A DNA stretch of 32,000 nucleotides from an uncultured archaeon (GTDB lineage: Archaea; Iainarchaeota; Iainarchaeia; Iainarchaeales; CSSED10-239), in NCBI GenBank assembly GCA_964586355.1, contig CAZPGO010000032.1, positions 9,505 through 41,504 on the forward strand, in the 5' to 3' direction. Below, in pieces: positions 17,150-26,361 of the stretch. How positions within the stretch are numbered: position 1 is the stretch's first letter; every line of letters begins with the position of its first letter. The notes under the pieces are model-generated. The model did no database searches. It was given only the letters and a program-made list of their open reading frames with translations, and was not told where the DNA came from. Position numbers and translations under genes: made by a program.

Positions 17150-18208
17150 CTATTTTTTAAGCTCAATTGTTTGTGTTGGAAATGCGAAATCTATTTTAGC
17201 TTTTTCAAATTCTTTTTTTATTGTTATGTTTATTTTGTCTTTGGTTTTTACATATTCGTTATAATCTAGAGAAATAATCCAATAAATAATTCTAATATTT
17301 AATGAAAAATCCCCAAACGATTCAAAAGAAACTAAAAAGCTATCCTGTTCAACATTTTTGTTTTTCTTTAAAATAGTTGTAACTATTTTTTTTGCTTGTT
17401 CTAGTTTTATAACACTAGTATCATAAGTTAGACCTAATGTGTAATTTTCTTTTCTTGCTCTTCTCTCAGAAATATTTTCTACTGAGTTTGTTGAAAGTAA
17501 TCTGTTTGGGATTACTACTACGGTGTTATCAAAGGTTCTTATTTTTGTAGATCTTATGCCAATCTCTTCAACACTACCTAATCCTTCAGATGTTTGTAAA
17601 ATATCCCCCATCTTAAATGGTCTTTCTATAAAAATAGTAACTCCAGAAATGAGATTTTCTAAAATATCTTTTGCAGCAAATGCTATTGCAATACCACCAA
17701 TACCAAGCCCTGCAAGTAATGCTGTAACATTATATCCTAGATTTGAAAGTATCACTAATATGGCAAAAGTTAATAGTACGATTTTCACCAAAGATTTTAG
17801 TAAAGGTATTAATTGATCATCATATTTGGAATCAGATTTTTTTGCATATTTTTCTAGGTATTCTTCAATTATTCCTATAAAAAACTTTATGAAAAATAAA
17901 GTTATTGAGAGAACAACTACAATAAACGTTGCTTGTTTTACAAAGTTTTGTAATGCTAAAGAAGTGTTTAGATATTTAAAACCTATTGTAAAAAATATAA
18001 GTATTATAATAACTTTAATAGGCATGGGTTTAGATAATATTTTTGCAATAATATCATCTATTTTATTTTTTGTAAATTTTGTTAGTTTTATAAAAATATT
18101 TTTAATTATAAATATTGTAAGCCAACTAACAAAGAATCCTAAGAATATAAAAAAAGAAAATAAGATCCAATTCATTATAGTACTTCCAAATATTATTTGT
18201 TCTAGCAT
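17150..18208 (-). CDS. MscS-family small-conductance mechanosensitive channel
   Basis: Several N-terminal TM helices; pore-helix region GLGIGGIAIAFAAKDILENLISGVTIFIERPFKMGDIL; beta-domain GSVEEIGIRSTKIRTFDNTVVVIPN. Confidence 0.9.
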   Translation of the reverse strand: MLEQIIFGSTIMNWILFSFFIFLGFFVSWLTIFIIKNIFIKLTKFTKNKIDDIIAKILSKPMPIKVIIILIFFTIGFKYLNTSLALQNFVKQATFIVVVLSITLFFIKFFIGIIEEYLEKYAKKSDSKYDDQLIPLLKSLVKIVLLTFAILVILSNLGYNVTALLAGLGIGGIAIAFAAKDILENLISGVTIFIERPFKMGDILQTSEGLGSVEEIGIRSTKIRTFDNTVVVIPNRLLSTNSVENISERRARKENYTLGLTYDTSVIKLEQAKKIVTTILKKNKNVEQDSFLVSFESFGDFSLNIRIIYWIISLDYNEYVKTKDKINITIKKEFEKAKIDFAFPTQTIELKK

Positions 18209-18480
18209 TTTTATTTCCTTCTTTTATTTTTGTGTGTGATTTAATCAATTATATTTTTTTTTTAATCTGTTTCTTTGTTTTGATATTTCTTTTCTGCTTT
18301 ATTTTAGTCAGATCTAATATATAATATAATACATAAGTATTATAAGTATTTTTTATTTACCAACTCTTCTTTATAAATCTACTAGTATTTATAAAAAGAA
18401 CTACCTAAAAATAAAGAATATCTTTTTATATTGTTTTATTTTCTTTATCTATATATAATATTTTAAAAATGAGATAAAAA

Positions 18481-19926
18481 ATGTATACTAGATGGTATTT
18501 AGATGTAATCTTTAAATATATAGGTCAATTGATCTATTATAGTAGTTATACTTTATTGATACCTGTTTTTTTATCTTTAATATTTAAGGAACCATTTGCA
18601 GTAACTGTTGCATATTTTGTGATTTTTTTAACTGTTTTTTTTATTGGTCTAATTTTATATAAAACCATTTCTTTAAATAAAAGACCATTTGTAAATCTAA
18701 ACTTTGTTCATTATCTTGCAATTATTTGTGGATTTTGGATTTTATTTTCTTTTTTTTCTGCTCTTCCATTAGTAATTGTAGGACAGTTTGCTATAATAGA
18801 TTCTATTTTTGAAACCATGTCTATGCTTACCACAACAGGATTAAGTGTTCTTCCAATATTACCAACACTTGCAAGTTTAATTTTTTGGAGATCTATTTTA
18901 GCATGGATTGGTGGAATTGGTTTGATATTGTTGGCTTATTTTGGTGTTTTAAACTCTCACTCCAGTTTTAATAAGTTAATGAGAGCTGAAGGAAGAGAGC
19001 TTATAAGACCAAATGTTAAAAACACCATTAAGCATTTGTGGATGATCTATTCAATATTAACTATTTTTGGAATTATTCTTTTAATTGTTTTTGGAATGAA
19101 TCTATTTAATTCCATAAACTACACAATGGCTGCAATCTCAACTACTGGTCTGCAGATTGGTATAAACGATGCTTTGTTGTTAGAAAATCCTTTTATTCAG
19201 TTGTCTTTAGTATTAATAATGGTGATTGGAGCAACATCTTTTTTAACACATTATTTTGCTTTAAGAAAAAAGTCAATTGTTGAATATTTTAAGGATAATC
19301 AGTTTATTGCTTTTTTATCTTTAGTAGGTGTTTCTATATTTGTTTTTTTAGTAACTATTGGCTCTAAACACTCATGGACAAAGTTATTGTTTTTATCAGT
19401 ATCTGCAATATCTGGGGGCGGATTTAAGATATTTGGTGTTGAAGAGATTGTGGTTATTCCAGCAATTTCTCTTTTAATGATCATATTTTTAATGTTTATT
19501 GGTGGATCTACTAATTCTACAAGTGGTGGCATAAAGATGCATAGACTTGTTCTTTTATTTAAAACAATTTATTGGAAAATAAAGGAGATAATTCTTCCAG
19601 AAAATGCACATTTTTCAAGAAAATATAATGATGAGCAATATGATGATGAAAAGATTTCTTCTATATATTTTTTTTTGTTTATTTATTTTATATTTATCTT
19701 AATAGGTACATTTGTTTTAGTTGCATACAATAACCCACTTCAAGAAAGCTTTTTTGAAGTAATCTCTGCTCAAAGTAATGTGGGTTTATCTAGTGGAGTT
19801 ACTACTAGTGCATTACCAGTAATTCCAAAAGTGATGTTAATAATTAATATGTGGATTGGAAGATTAGAGATTATCCCTTTTTTGGGGTTAGTTGGTCTTT
19901 TGTTTCAAAAAAAAATATATTTATAA
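18481..19926 (+). CDS. trkH: TrkH/KtrB-family K+ transporter membrane subunit
   Basis: Four pore-loop (MPM) selectivity motifs: MLTTTGLS, ISTTGLQ, AISGGGFK, QSNVGLSSG. Polytopic hydrophobic sequence. Confidence 0.88.
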   Translation: MYTRWYLDVIFKYIGQLIYYSSYTLLIPVFLSLIFKEPFAVTVAYFVIFLTVFFIGLILYKTISLNKRPFVNLNFVHYLAIICGFWILFSFFSALPLVIVGQFAIIDSIFETMSMLTTTGLSVLPILPTLASLIFWRSILAWIGGIGLILLAYFGVLNSHSSFNKLMRAEGRELIRPNVKNTIKHLWMIYSILTIFGIILLIVFGMNLFNSINYTMAAISTTGLQIGINDALLLENPFIQLSLVLIMVIGATSFLTHYFALRKKSIVEYFKDNQFIAFLSLVGVSIFVFLVTIGSKHSWTKLLFLSVSAISGGGFKIFGVEEIVVIPAISLLMIIFLMFIGGSTNSTSGGIKMHRLVLLFKTIYWKIKEIILPENAHFSRKYNDEQYDDEKISSIYFFLFIYFIFILIGTFVLVAYNNPLQESFFEVISAQSNVGLSSGVTTSALPVIPKVMLIINMWIGRLEIIPFLGLVGLLFQKKIYL

Positions 19927-19948
19927 AAAATAAAGAAGGTGTTAGAAA

Positions 19949-20605
19949 ATGTATATTATTTTAGTTGGTGCAGGTGGTATTGGTTTAGCACTTGCAGAAC
20001 TTTTAAATGCTGAGGATCATGATGTTGTTGTTATTGATAAAGATCCAATAAGAGCAAAAAAAATGTCTTTAGAAAAAGAGGTTGTAACAATTAATGGGGA
20101 TGCAACAGATATTGCTGTTTTACAAAAAGCAGGTATCTCTCAAGCAGATCTTTTTATTTCTCTGACTGATAGTGATGAGATCAATTTAGTTGTGGGTTTA
20201 ATTGCTAAAGAATATGGAGTAAAAACAGTTGCTATTTCTTTGATAAAAACAAATTATAAAAAAGAGGTCTTAGAAAAATTAGGAATAGATATGGTAATAC
20301 ATCCAAATATTGCAGCAGCTGGTTATATTGCGCAAATGATTAGTTCTAAGGATATTTTAGATCTGTCCTTTTTCTCTGTTGGAGATGCTGAATTGATTGA
20401 GCAAGTTATTACTAAAAAAACAAAATATCATGGATTACATATAGTTAAGTTTAAGGAATTATTACCACCAAATTCTACAGTTATCGGCTATTTTAAAAAT
20501 GCTAAATTTTATGTGTATAACCAAGATGACAGAATAGAAGAAGGTCAAAAAATGCTTTTAGTTGCAAAAAAAGATGAAATAAATAATTTAAAAAAATTAT
20601 TTTAG
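19949..20605 (+). CDS. trkA: TrkA/KtrA-type K+ uptake regulatory subunit (RCK: TrkA-N plus TrkA-C)
   Basis: AAGGTG Shine-Dalgarno motif 8 nt upstream. Rossmann ILVGAGGIGLALAELL...VVVID. C-terminal small RCK-C-like domain. Lies directly downstream of trkH. Confidence 0.87.
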   Translation: MYIILVGAGGIGLALAELLNAEDHDVVVIDKDPIRAKKMSLEKEVVTINGDATDIAVLQKAGISQADLFISLTDSDEINLVVGLIAKEYGVKTVAISLIKTNYKKEVLEKLGIDMVIHPNIAAAGYIAQMISSKDILDLSFFSVGDAELIEQVITKKTKYHGLHIVKFKELLPPNSTVIGYFKNAKFYVYNQDDRIEEGQKMLLVAKKDEINNLKKLF

Positions 20606-21357
20606 GTTATATGGGTTATTTTTTGTACTCCACTCTCAAAATGTATACAAAGAGTGTGACGATAAACCCTTTTCCCTCTTCTATCTGCTGTTACTAAACT
20701 TTTTGTTTCTTGCCATGATTTGGCATTTTTATTTAAAATAAGTGTTTGTAATATTTTTTTACTTTGATCTAAATTATCCAAATAGATATCTATTCCTGTT
20801 TTTTGTGGTTTCTCTTTGACTATATGTACTTGTTTAGAAATATTTTTTCTACTTTCATTCATTTCAAAGATCATATTTCTTGTTTGTGAAACTATTCTAT
20901 CCATGATTTCTTCCTTTATATCTGAATTATCAAATCTTAATTGTAATATTGTTGTGTAATAATTTCCAGAAAGTCTTGAACATCTCTCACATTCGTTTTT
21001 TCTTAAAGAGATGTCTTTTTCCATTTTTATTTCTTTGATTTTATTGCCAATTAAGGCTTTTGCTGTAACAATTACATAATGTTCATGTAATTCATCATCA
21101 AGAATCAGTTTTACAAAAATCTTTGCTTGATCTAGGTCTTTTGTTTTTATATGTTTTGCTAAATCTTTTTCTAGATCTTCAACTGTTTTATAATATTTTT
21201 TTGCATATTTTAAGATTCCACATCTTGGGCAAAGAGTGATTTCAAAAGTTGGTGCATTTATCACTTGATGTTCTGATACATAGCACTCAATACAGAAACC
21301 ATTTATTTGAGAATCATCATCAATCTCTTTACCACATTTTGGGCAAAATCTTTTCAT
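20602..21357 (-). CDS. archaeal NMD3-family protein (60S export adaptor homologue)
   Basis: N-terminal Zn-ribbon pattern CPKCG...CIECY...CPRCG, about 250 aa in total, as in archaeal NMD3 (COG1499-type). Confidence 0.75.
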   Translation of the reverse strand: MKRFCPKCGKEIDDDSQINGFCIECYVSEHQVINAPTFEITLCPRCGILKYAKKYYKTVEDLEKDLAKHIKTKDLDQAKIFVKLILDDELHEHYVIVTAKALIGNKIKEIKMEKDISLRKNECERCSRLSGNYYTTILQLRFDNSDIKEEIMDRIVSQTRNMIFEMNESRKNISKQVHIVKEKPQKTGIDIYLDNLDQSKKILQTLILNKNAKSWQETKSLVTADRRGKRVYRHTLCIHFESGVQKITHIT

Positions 21358-21372
21358 TTTATTTTTCCTTTT

Positions 21373-22680
21373 TTATTCTAATTCTATTACGTCGCCATTT
21401 TGTGGATTAACAGCATCAATACCTAATCCTTTTAGTTCTTCTTTAAAGTTTATTGTTGTTTGTTTATCTCCATGAACACAAATGACTTTTCTTGGATTAA
21501 CTTTTTTTACTAACTCTAAAAGTTCTTCTCTATCTGCATGAGCGGAAAAACTATACTTCATTACTTTTGCTCTTGGTTGATAGCTTTTTCCATCAATTAA
21601 TAGCTTTCCTGTGTGTTCTAGTCTATATCCGTTTGTGCCTTTAACTTGATATCCACTAAGTATAATTTTGTTTTTAGGATCTGCACCAAGCTCTTGAATA
21701 TATCCTAATACAGGTCCACCTTCTAGCATTCCTGCAGTAGAAATAATTATACATTGTTGATTAACTATTTTGCTTCTTTTTTTTCTGTTTTTTATAAATT
21801 CAACAACATCAACAGCTTTTTTAAAAGCTTTAAAATCTGTGAAAAATTCTGGATATTGTGAAAAAATCATTGTTGCTTTTTTAGACATTCCATCTAGATA
21901 GATTGGCACATTATTAATTTTATGCTTTGAGAGTATATTTATTAATTCTTGACTTCTCTCAATTGCAAATGCTGGTAAGATAACAGATCCACCATTTTCA
22001 ATAGTTTCTAATATTTCTGTAATAAATAATTTTTCTTGATTTTTTCTATCTTTATGATTTTCTAAACCATAAGTTGTTTCTGTTATTAAGTAATCAACAG
22101 CTGGTAATTTTTTATCATAACCTTTAAACATTTGACTTTCAGATCCTCTAAAGTCTCCAGTGTACATTACTTTTTTGTTTTCTTGTTCTACTACAGAAAT
22201 AACACTTCCAACAATATGTCCTGCATCATAAAAGGTTACTTTTGTGTTTGGTGTTATTTCTATGTTTTTTTTATAATCTAAATAGTATGCAGAATCATTT
22301 GCTGTATTAATATCTACTGGCTTAAAACCAGCTTCTGTTCCTGTTATTTTTGCAATCTTCATAGTGTCTTCCCATAAAAGGTTTGACAACTGTAGTGTTG
22401 GTGGTGTTAAAAACAAAGGAGTTATTGCTCCTGGTTTATATAAGTAAGGAATTGCACCAGAGTGATCTAGATGTGCGTGACTTAATATTATTGCATGAAG
22501 TGGATCTCTTACTTTTTTAGGGTATTCTGTTTTTTTTAATGTTGTCTCTCCCTCTGGATCTACATCGCTAGATGCTGGATTAAGTTTTAAACCATAATCC
22601 ATCAATATATTTTCTTTGCCCTTTAACAAAAGAGCACTTCTTCCAACCTCTTGACCTGCGCCAAGACATTCTAATTTCAT
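21373..22680 (-). CDS. beta-CASP metallo-beta-lactamase ribonuclease, aCPSF2-like (no KH domains)
   Basis: MKLECLGAGQEVGRSALLL start; HxHxDH motif LSHAHLDHSGAIP; later MBL/beta-CASP motifs (YDAGHIVGS, ITETTYG, SAHAD, VHGD). Confidence 0.9.
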   Translation of the reverse strand: MKLECLGAGQEVGRSALLLKGKENILMDYGLKLNPASSDVDPEGETTLKKTEYPKKVRDPLHAIILSHAHLDHSGAIPYLYKPGAITPLFLTPPTLQLSNLLWEDTMKIAKITGTEAGFKPVDINTANDSAYYLDYKKNIEITPNTKVTFYDAGHIVGSVISVVEQENKKVMYTGDFRGSESQMFKGYDKKLPAVDYLITETTYGLENHKDRKNQEKLFITEILETIENGGSVILPAFAIERSQELINILSKHKINNVPIYLDGMSKKATMIFSQYPEFFTDFKAFKKAVDVVEFIKNRKKRSKIVNQQCIIISTAGMLEGGPVLGYIQELGADPKNKIILSGYQVKGTNGYRLEHTGKLLIDGKSYQPRAKVMKYSFSAHADREELLELVKKVNPRKVICVHGDKQTTINFKEELKGLGIDAVNPQNGDVIELE

Positions 22681-22872
22681 AGTTTTTTCTAACCTCTTTA
22701 TTTTCTATCTTATTAAAAATATATAAATAATAGTTTTATATAATCTTGTTTTTTTAAAAAAGTTTTATAAAAAATAGTTTTTTACTAATTTTTCAAAATA
22801 CAAAATAATATATAAACATTTGTAATAAATATATATTAGTACAAAACATTTTTAAAATAGAAACATTTTAAT

Positions 22873-23505
22873 GTGATTATGAAATTGGCTTGGTTAAACT
22901 TTTTAGAATCTATTTGTTTTTTAGAAGAAAACAATATTGTTTGTCATGAGACATTTATTATTAATAAGAAAGACCAATTAAAAAAACACATAGACTTTCC
23001 ATATGTTTTAAAGATAAGTTCAGATCTTTTACACAAAACAGAAGTAAATGCAGTAAAAACAGATTTATTTTCTTTAAAGGATCTTGAAAAAGCTTTTTTA
23101 GATCTTAATACTGTTTTAATAAAAAACAAAATTGATGGAACCATTTGTTTACAAAAACAAATAAAAGGAATAGAAGTTATTGTTGGTATAACAAACGATT
23201 CCCAATTTGGAAAAGTTTTGTTATTTGGACAGGGAGGGATCTTTGCTGAAAAAAATAAAGACAACTCAATGAAAATTTTGCCAATAACAAAAAAAGATAC
23301 AAAAGATCTTTTAGAAAAAACAATTGTTGGAAAAATAATTTCTAAAGGGTATAGAAACAAAAAATATCCAAAAGAGAAATTAGAAAAACTGTTTTTAGAT
23401 CTTAGTAAGTTAGCTATTCAAAAAGATATTAAAGAACTAGATCTAAATCCAATAATAATTACAGAAAAAGAGATCTATATCGTGGATGCTAGAATAAAAG
23501 TTTAG
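22873..23505 (+). CDS. stand-alone ATP-grasp protein resembling the beta subunit of ADP-forming acetyl-CoA synthetase
   Basis: FPYVLKISSDLLHKTEVNAVKTDL, IVGITNDSQFGKVLLFGQGGIFAE and ELDLNPIII match the ACD-beta pattern (PVVLKI.SP.I.HK.D.GGV; ElivG...D..FGpv..fG.GG; ElDiNPl). The track start is GTG 22873; ATG 22879 is an alternative start. Confidence 0.65.
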   Translation: MIMKLAWLNFLESICFLEENNIVCHETFIINKKDQLKKHIDFPYVLKISSDLLHKTEVNAVKTDLFSLKDLEKAFLDLNTVLIKNKIDGTICLQKQIKGIEVIVGITNDSQFGKVLLFGQGGIFAEKNKDNSMKILPITKKDTKDLLEKTIVGKIISKGYRNKKYPKEKLEKLFLDLSKLAIQKDIKELDLNPIIITEKEIYIVDARIKV

Positions 23506-23515
23506 AGGAAAAAGA

Positions 23516-24628
23516 ATGAATTTTCAAAATATTATGTCAAAAGAAGATATGTTTTTTAAATTAGATAATATTATCAATAAATTAGATATAAAAGATAAGA
23601 TACTTATTATAACTCATAATGATTTAGATGGGTTGGTCTCAGCATACTGTTTAGAAAAATATTTAATTAGTGGAAATTTTAATGTTGTTGTACATACATT
23701 ATCCAATAAAATATTAATGCAAAATTTTGATGATTATTGCGATAGAATAAATACAGACCATTTTGATTGTATTATTAGTTTAGATATATTTGATCAGAAA
23801 ATGTTAACACAATTTAATAATAAAAAATATTTTGTTGTTGATCATCACGCAAGTTCAAAAAATCTAGATAAGGACAATATTGTAAATCTTTCAGATTATT
23901 TTAATATAAACAAAATACCAGCAGTTGGTGCTTTTTTATTTGGATATACCCAAAATAAAGTCGAGTATCCTGTTTGGTTCTCACTTGTTGCAAAATTTTG
24001 TGATGGTTTAATTTTGGAAAATGAGTTTTTTGTATCTCATCTGGATAATGATATAAATTATATTAATGATCTTCCAAGGCCAGAAATTTTGAAATTTATT
24101 GAATTTATTAATTCTTTTTATAATCATGATTTGAATATAAAAGACATTTATTTGCCGTTTAGAGAATGCGTGGATTCCGATAATTTATTTTGGTATGGGT
24201 TCTCTAAATCAGAAGAACTAATATATTTAAATAAATTAAAAAAGAAAATAGATATTTCAAAAGACGCACTTTTAAAAAAATGTTTAATAAAATATAAAAA
24301 ATATGATTCTGCAAAATTAATCTTATTTAATATTACTGAAAAAGAGAATGAGGTTAGAAGGGAAATTATTGGTACTTTTGAGTATCTATTTTTTGGATAT
24401 AATATTTTATTTCTTTCAAAAACAAATGATGGATATATTATATCATACAGAACAAACACAACCAATTTTGATGTGATCAAAAATTTAAAACCAATATATG
24501 ATAATTATTGTCATTTTCAAGGACATCCTTTTGCAGCAGGTGGTTTTGTTAAAACAGAATTTAAAAATAAATTTATTAAAGATACATTAAATTATTTAAA
24601 AAAATATTATTTAAATAAGGATATTTAA
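23516..24628 (+). CDS. DHH/DHHA1-family phosphoesterase (RecJ/NrnA-like)
   Basis: GAGGA Shine-Dalgarno motif upstream. Motif I IITHNDLDGLVSA; DHH motif FVVDHHAS; DHHA1 motif GHPFAAGG near the C-terminus. Confidence 0.8.
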   Translation: MNFQNIMSKEDMFFKLDNIINKLDIKDKILIITHNDLDGLVSAYCLEKYLISGNFNVVVHTLSNKILMQNFDDYCDRINTDHFDCIISLDIFDQKMLTQFNNKKYFVVDHHASSKNLDKDNIVNLSDYFNINKIPAVGAFLFGYTQNKVEYPVWFSLVAKFCDGLILENEFFVSHLDNDINYINDLPRPEILKFIEFINSFYNHDLNIKDIYLPFRECVDSDNLFWYGFSKSEELIYLNKLKKKIDISKDALLKKCLIKYKKYDSAKLILFNITEKENEVRREIIGTFEYLFFGYNILFLSKTNDGYIISYRTNTTNFDVIKNLKPIYDNYCHFQGHPFAAGGFVKTEFKNKFIKDTLNYLKKYYLNKDI

Positions 24629-24631
24629 AAT

Positions 24632-25549
24632 ATGAAATATAATTTAGATTTACATACGTGTCTTCTAAAGAGAAGATCTCCATCCAAAAGATATTGGAAA
24701 TATGTAAATAAAAATAATTTGTTAGGAACCGCAATAACTGAACAAAATACTCTTAATCCAAAAGGAGCATATTTTGAATTATTAAAAAATAAACCAAAAA
24801 ATAAAGTATTGATTCCAGGAGTCTCAATTAACACCGATTTAGGAGAAGTAATAATTCTTTCAAAATCTCCAGAGATTTATGACTATGGAATAATCTATGA
24901 GCAAAACATAGGTCTAAAAAGAATATACGATTTTTGTGAAAAAAAAGGTTATTTAATTGCTTTTTCACACCCATTTGGCTATGCCACAAATTCAGTAACT
25001 TACAAAATGGGTCTTGATAAATTAGAAAAGTTTGTAAAAACTAAAAATATTGGTGTTGAAACATATAATGGAATGATTGGTTATCTTTCATATTATATGT
25101 ATGATTCCTTTTTTATTAGAAGATTTAGAGATTTATTACTTTTTTTAGAAAAAAATACTCTTTCAAAAACTATTAAAATTTCAAAATATTTTCAAAAAAT
25201 TAATTTGATTTTAGATCAAAAAAGTTATGATGTTGTGTATAGATTTTCAGCAGGAATAAAATTAGGTAAAATTGCAAAATTTGTAATTGCTGGTTCTGGA
25301 ACACAGTATATAGAAAGAATAGGTTCTGGTGTTTTAAGTATTGATCTTTCTAAAAACTTTTTTGAAGATTTTGATGATTCTGAAAAGCAAAACGAATATA
25401 TTTTAAATAAGATCTATAATAAACAAATAATATCAGTAGGTCCACCAGGAACAGACACAGAATCAGGTTTTGAGAGATCTAAAAGAAGAATTAAAAAAAC
25501 AAAAGCTTATATTGATTTAATTTATCTTACAAAAAACTCTGTTAAATGA
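24632..25549 (+). CDS. PHP-domain-like protein with several substituted metal ligands
   Basis: The order of PHP motifs is preserved but degenerate: DLHTC (family DLHxH), AITEQN (iTDHn), PGVSIN (GvE), AFSHPF (aHP), VETYNG (E.yN), AGSGTQY (GSDAH). Its stop overlaps the next gene's start by 4 nt (ATGA at 25546-25549). Confidence 0.5.
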   Translation: MKYNLDLHTCLLKRRSPSKRYWKYVNKNNLLGTAITEQNTLNPKGAYFELLKNKPKNKVLIPGVSINTDLGEVIILSKSPEIYDYGIIYEQNIGLKRIYDFCEKKGYLIAFSHPFGYATNSVTYKMGLDKLEKFVKTKNIGVETYNGMIGYLSYYMYDSFFIRRFRDLLLFLEKNTLSKTIKISKYFQKINLILDQKSYDVVYRFSAGIKLGKIAKFVIAGSGTQYIERIGSGVLSIDLSKNFFEDFDDSEKQNEYILNKIYNKQIISVGPPGTDTESGFERSKRRIKKTKAYIDLIYLTKNSVK

Positions 25550-26292
25550 TTATTATGATGCCTTTATTTATTTATCCTATGTTTTTAATAACTTTAATCT
25601 GCTTAGGATATTATGTTTATCAAGACTTTAAATTTAGAGAAATAAATATTGTTCCAATGATTTTTTTATCAATATTTGCTTTTTTGTACAATCTATATTT
25701 TTTTGTTAGATTAGGGGTTTGGAACTTTTATTTAGTACAAATATTAATAACTTGTTTTTTTGTAGGTGTTATTTTTACACTTGGAAAAATTACTGTTTTT
25801 GCATATATTGGAGAAGGAGATCTATTAACAATTATTTTTATTTCCATAACTAGTGGGCTAGGTATTTTATATGCTCCAGTTATTTTCTTAGCCTCTTTAG
25901 TTGCTATTTTGTTTATTCCTTTGATTTTGTTTTTTTATAATTTGTTTTGTAAGCATTATACAAAGTATTCTTTTTTTGATAATATTTTTTTAATGTCATT
26001 AGGTTATCCTTTATTAATCTCTAAGATAAATAAATTTCATACACCTTTAGAAAAAATAAGTATAAAAAACGGAAGAATTAAAAGAATTGTTAATCTTAAA
26101 CCAAACACAGATCCAAAATCAGAAATTTATGATCTGAAAAAAACAAATTCTATTTATAATTTAAAATATGTTTGGGTCTCTCCATTAATACCTTTTGTGG
26201 TCCCAATTTTTATTTCTTACCTGGTTTTTTCAGTTTTAAGCCTTTTTAACTGTTTTTTAGAACTTGGAAAGTATCTTATTTTATATATATAA
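25546..26292 (+). CDS. A24-family archaeal prepilin/preflagellin peptidase (PibD/FlaK/EppA-like)
   Basis: Polytopic membrane protein. First catalytic Asp sits in YQDFKFREI (D27, nt 25624-25626). The second sits in GEGDL (D92, nt 25819-25821), corresponding to the GxGD motif of the family. Confidence 0.8.
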   Translation: MIIMMPLFIYPMFLITLICLGYYVYQDFKFREINIVPMIFLSIFAFLYNLYFFVRLGVWNFYLVQILITCFFVGVIFTLGKITVFAYIGEGDLLTIIFISITSGLGILYAPVIFLASLVAILFIPLILFFYNLFCKHYTKYSFFDNIFLMSLGYPLLISKINKFHTPLEKISIKNGRIKRIVNLKPNTDPKSEIYDLKKTNSIYNLKYVWVSPLIPFVVPIFISYLVFSVLSLFNCFLELGKYLILYI

Positions 26293-26361
26293 TATTTAAA
26301 AATATAATGGACTTTCACTATTCCTATATAATATTTATATTTTTAAATAAAGATTAATAAT

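Noticed and set aside
16754-17264. Track ORFs 16754-16939 (+) and 17064-17264 (+)
   Set aside because: The first is antisense to adk. The second starts inside the tRNA-Arg gene and runs into the 3' end of the MscS gene, so it is an artefact.
17523-18239. Track ORFs 17523-17816 (+) and 17826-18239 (+), opposite the MscS gene
   Set aside because: The minus-strand translation carries the full MscS signature. The plus-strand ORFs are reverse-frame shadows.
19299-24834. Track ORFs 19299-19532 (-), 22944-23360 (-), 24148-24480 (-), 24625-24834 (-), and also 30820-31026 (-)
   Set aside because: All are nested antisense within longer, motif-bearing plus-strand genes (trkH, ATP-grasp, DHH, PHP-like and the platform protein).
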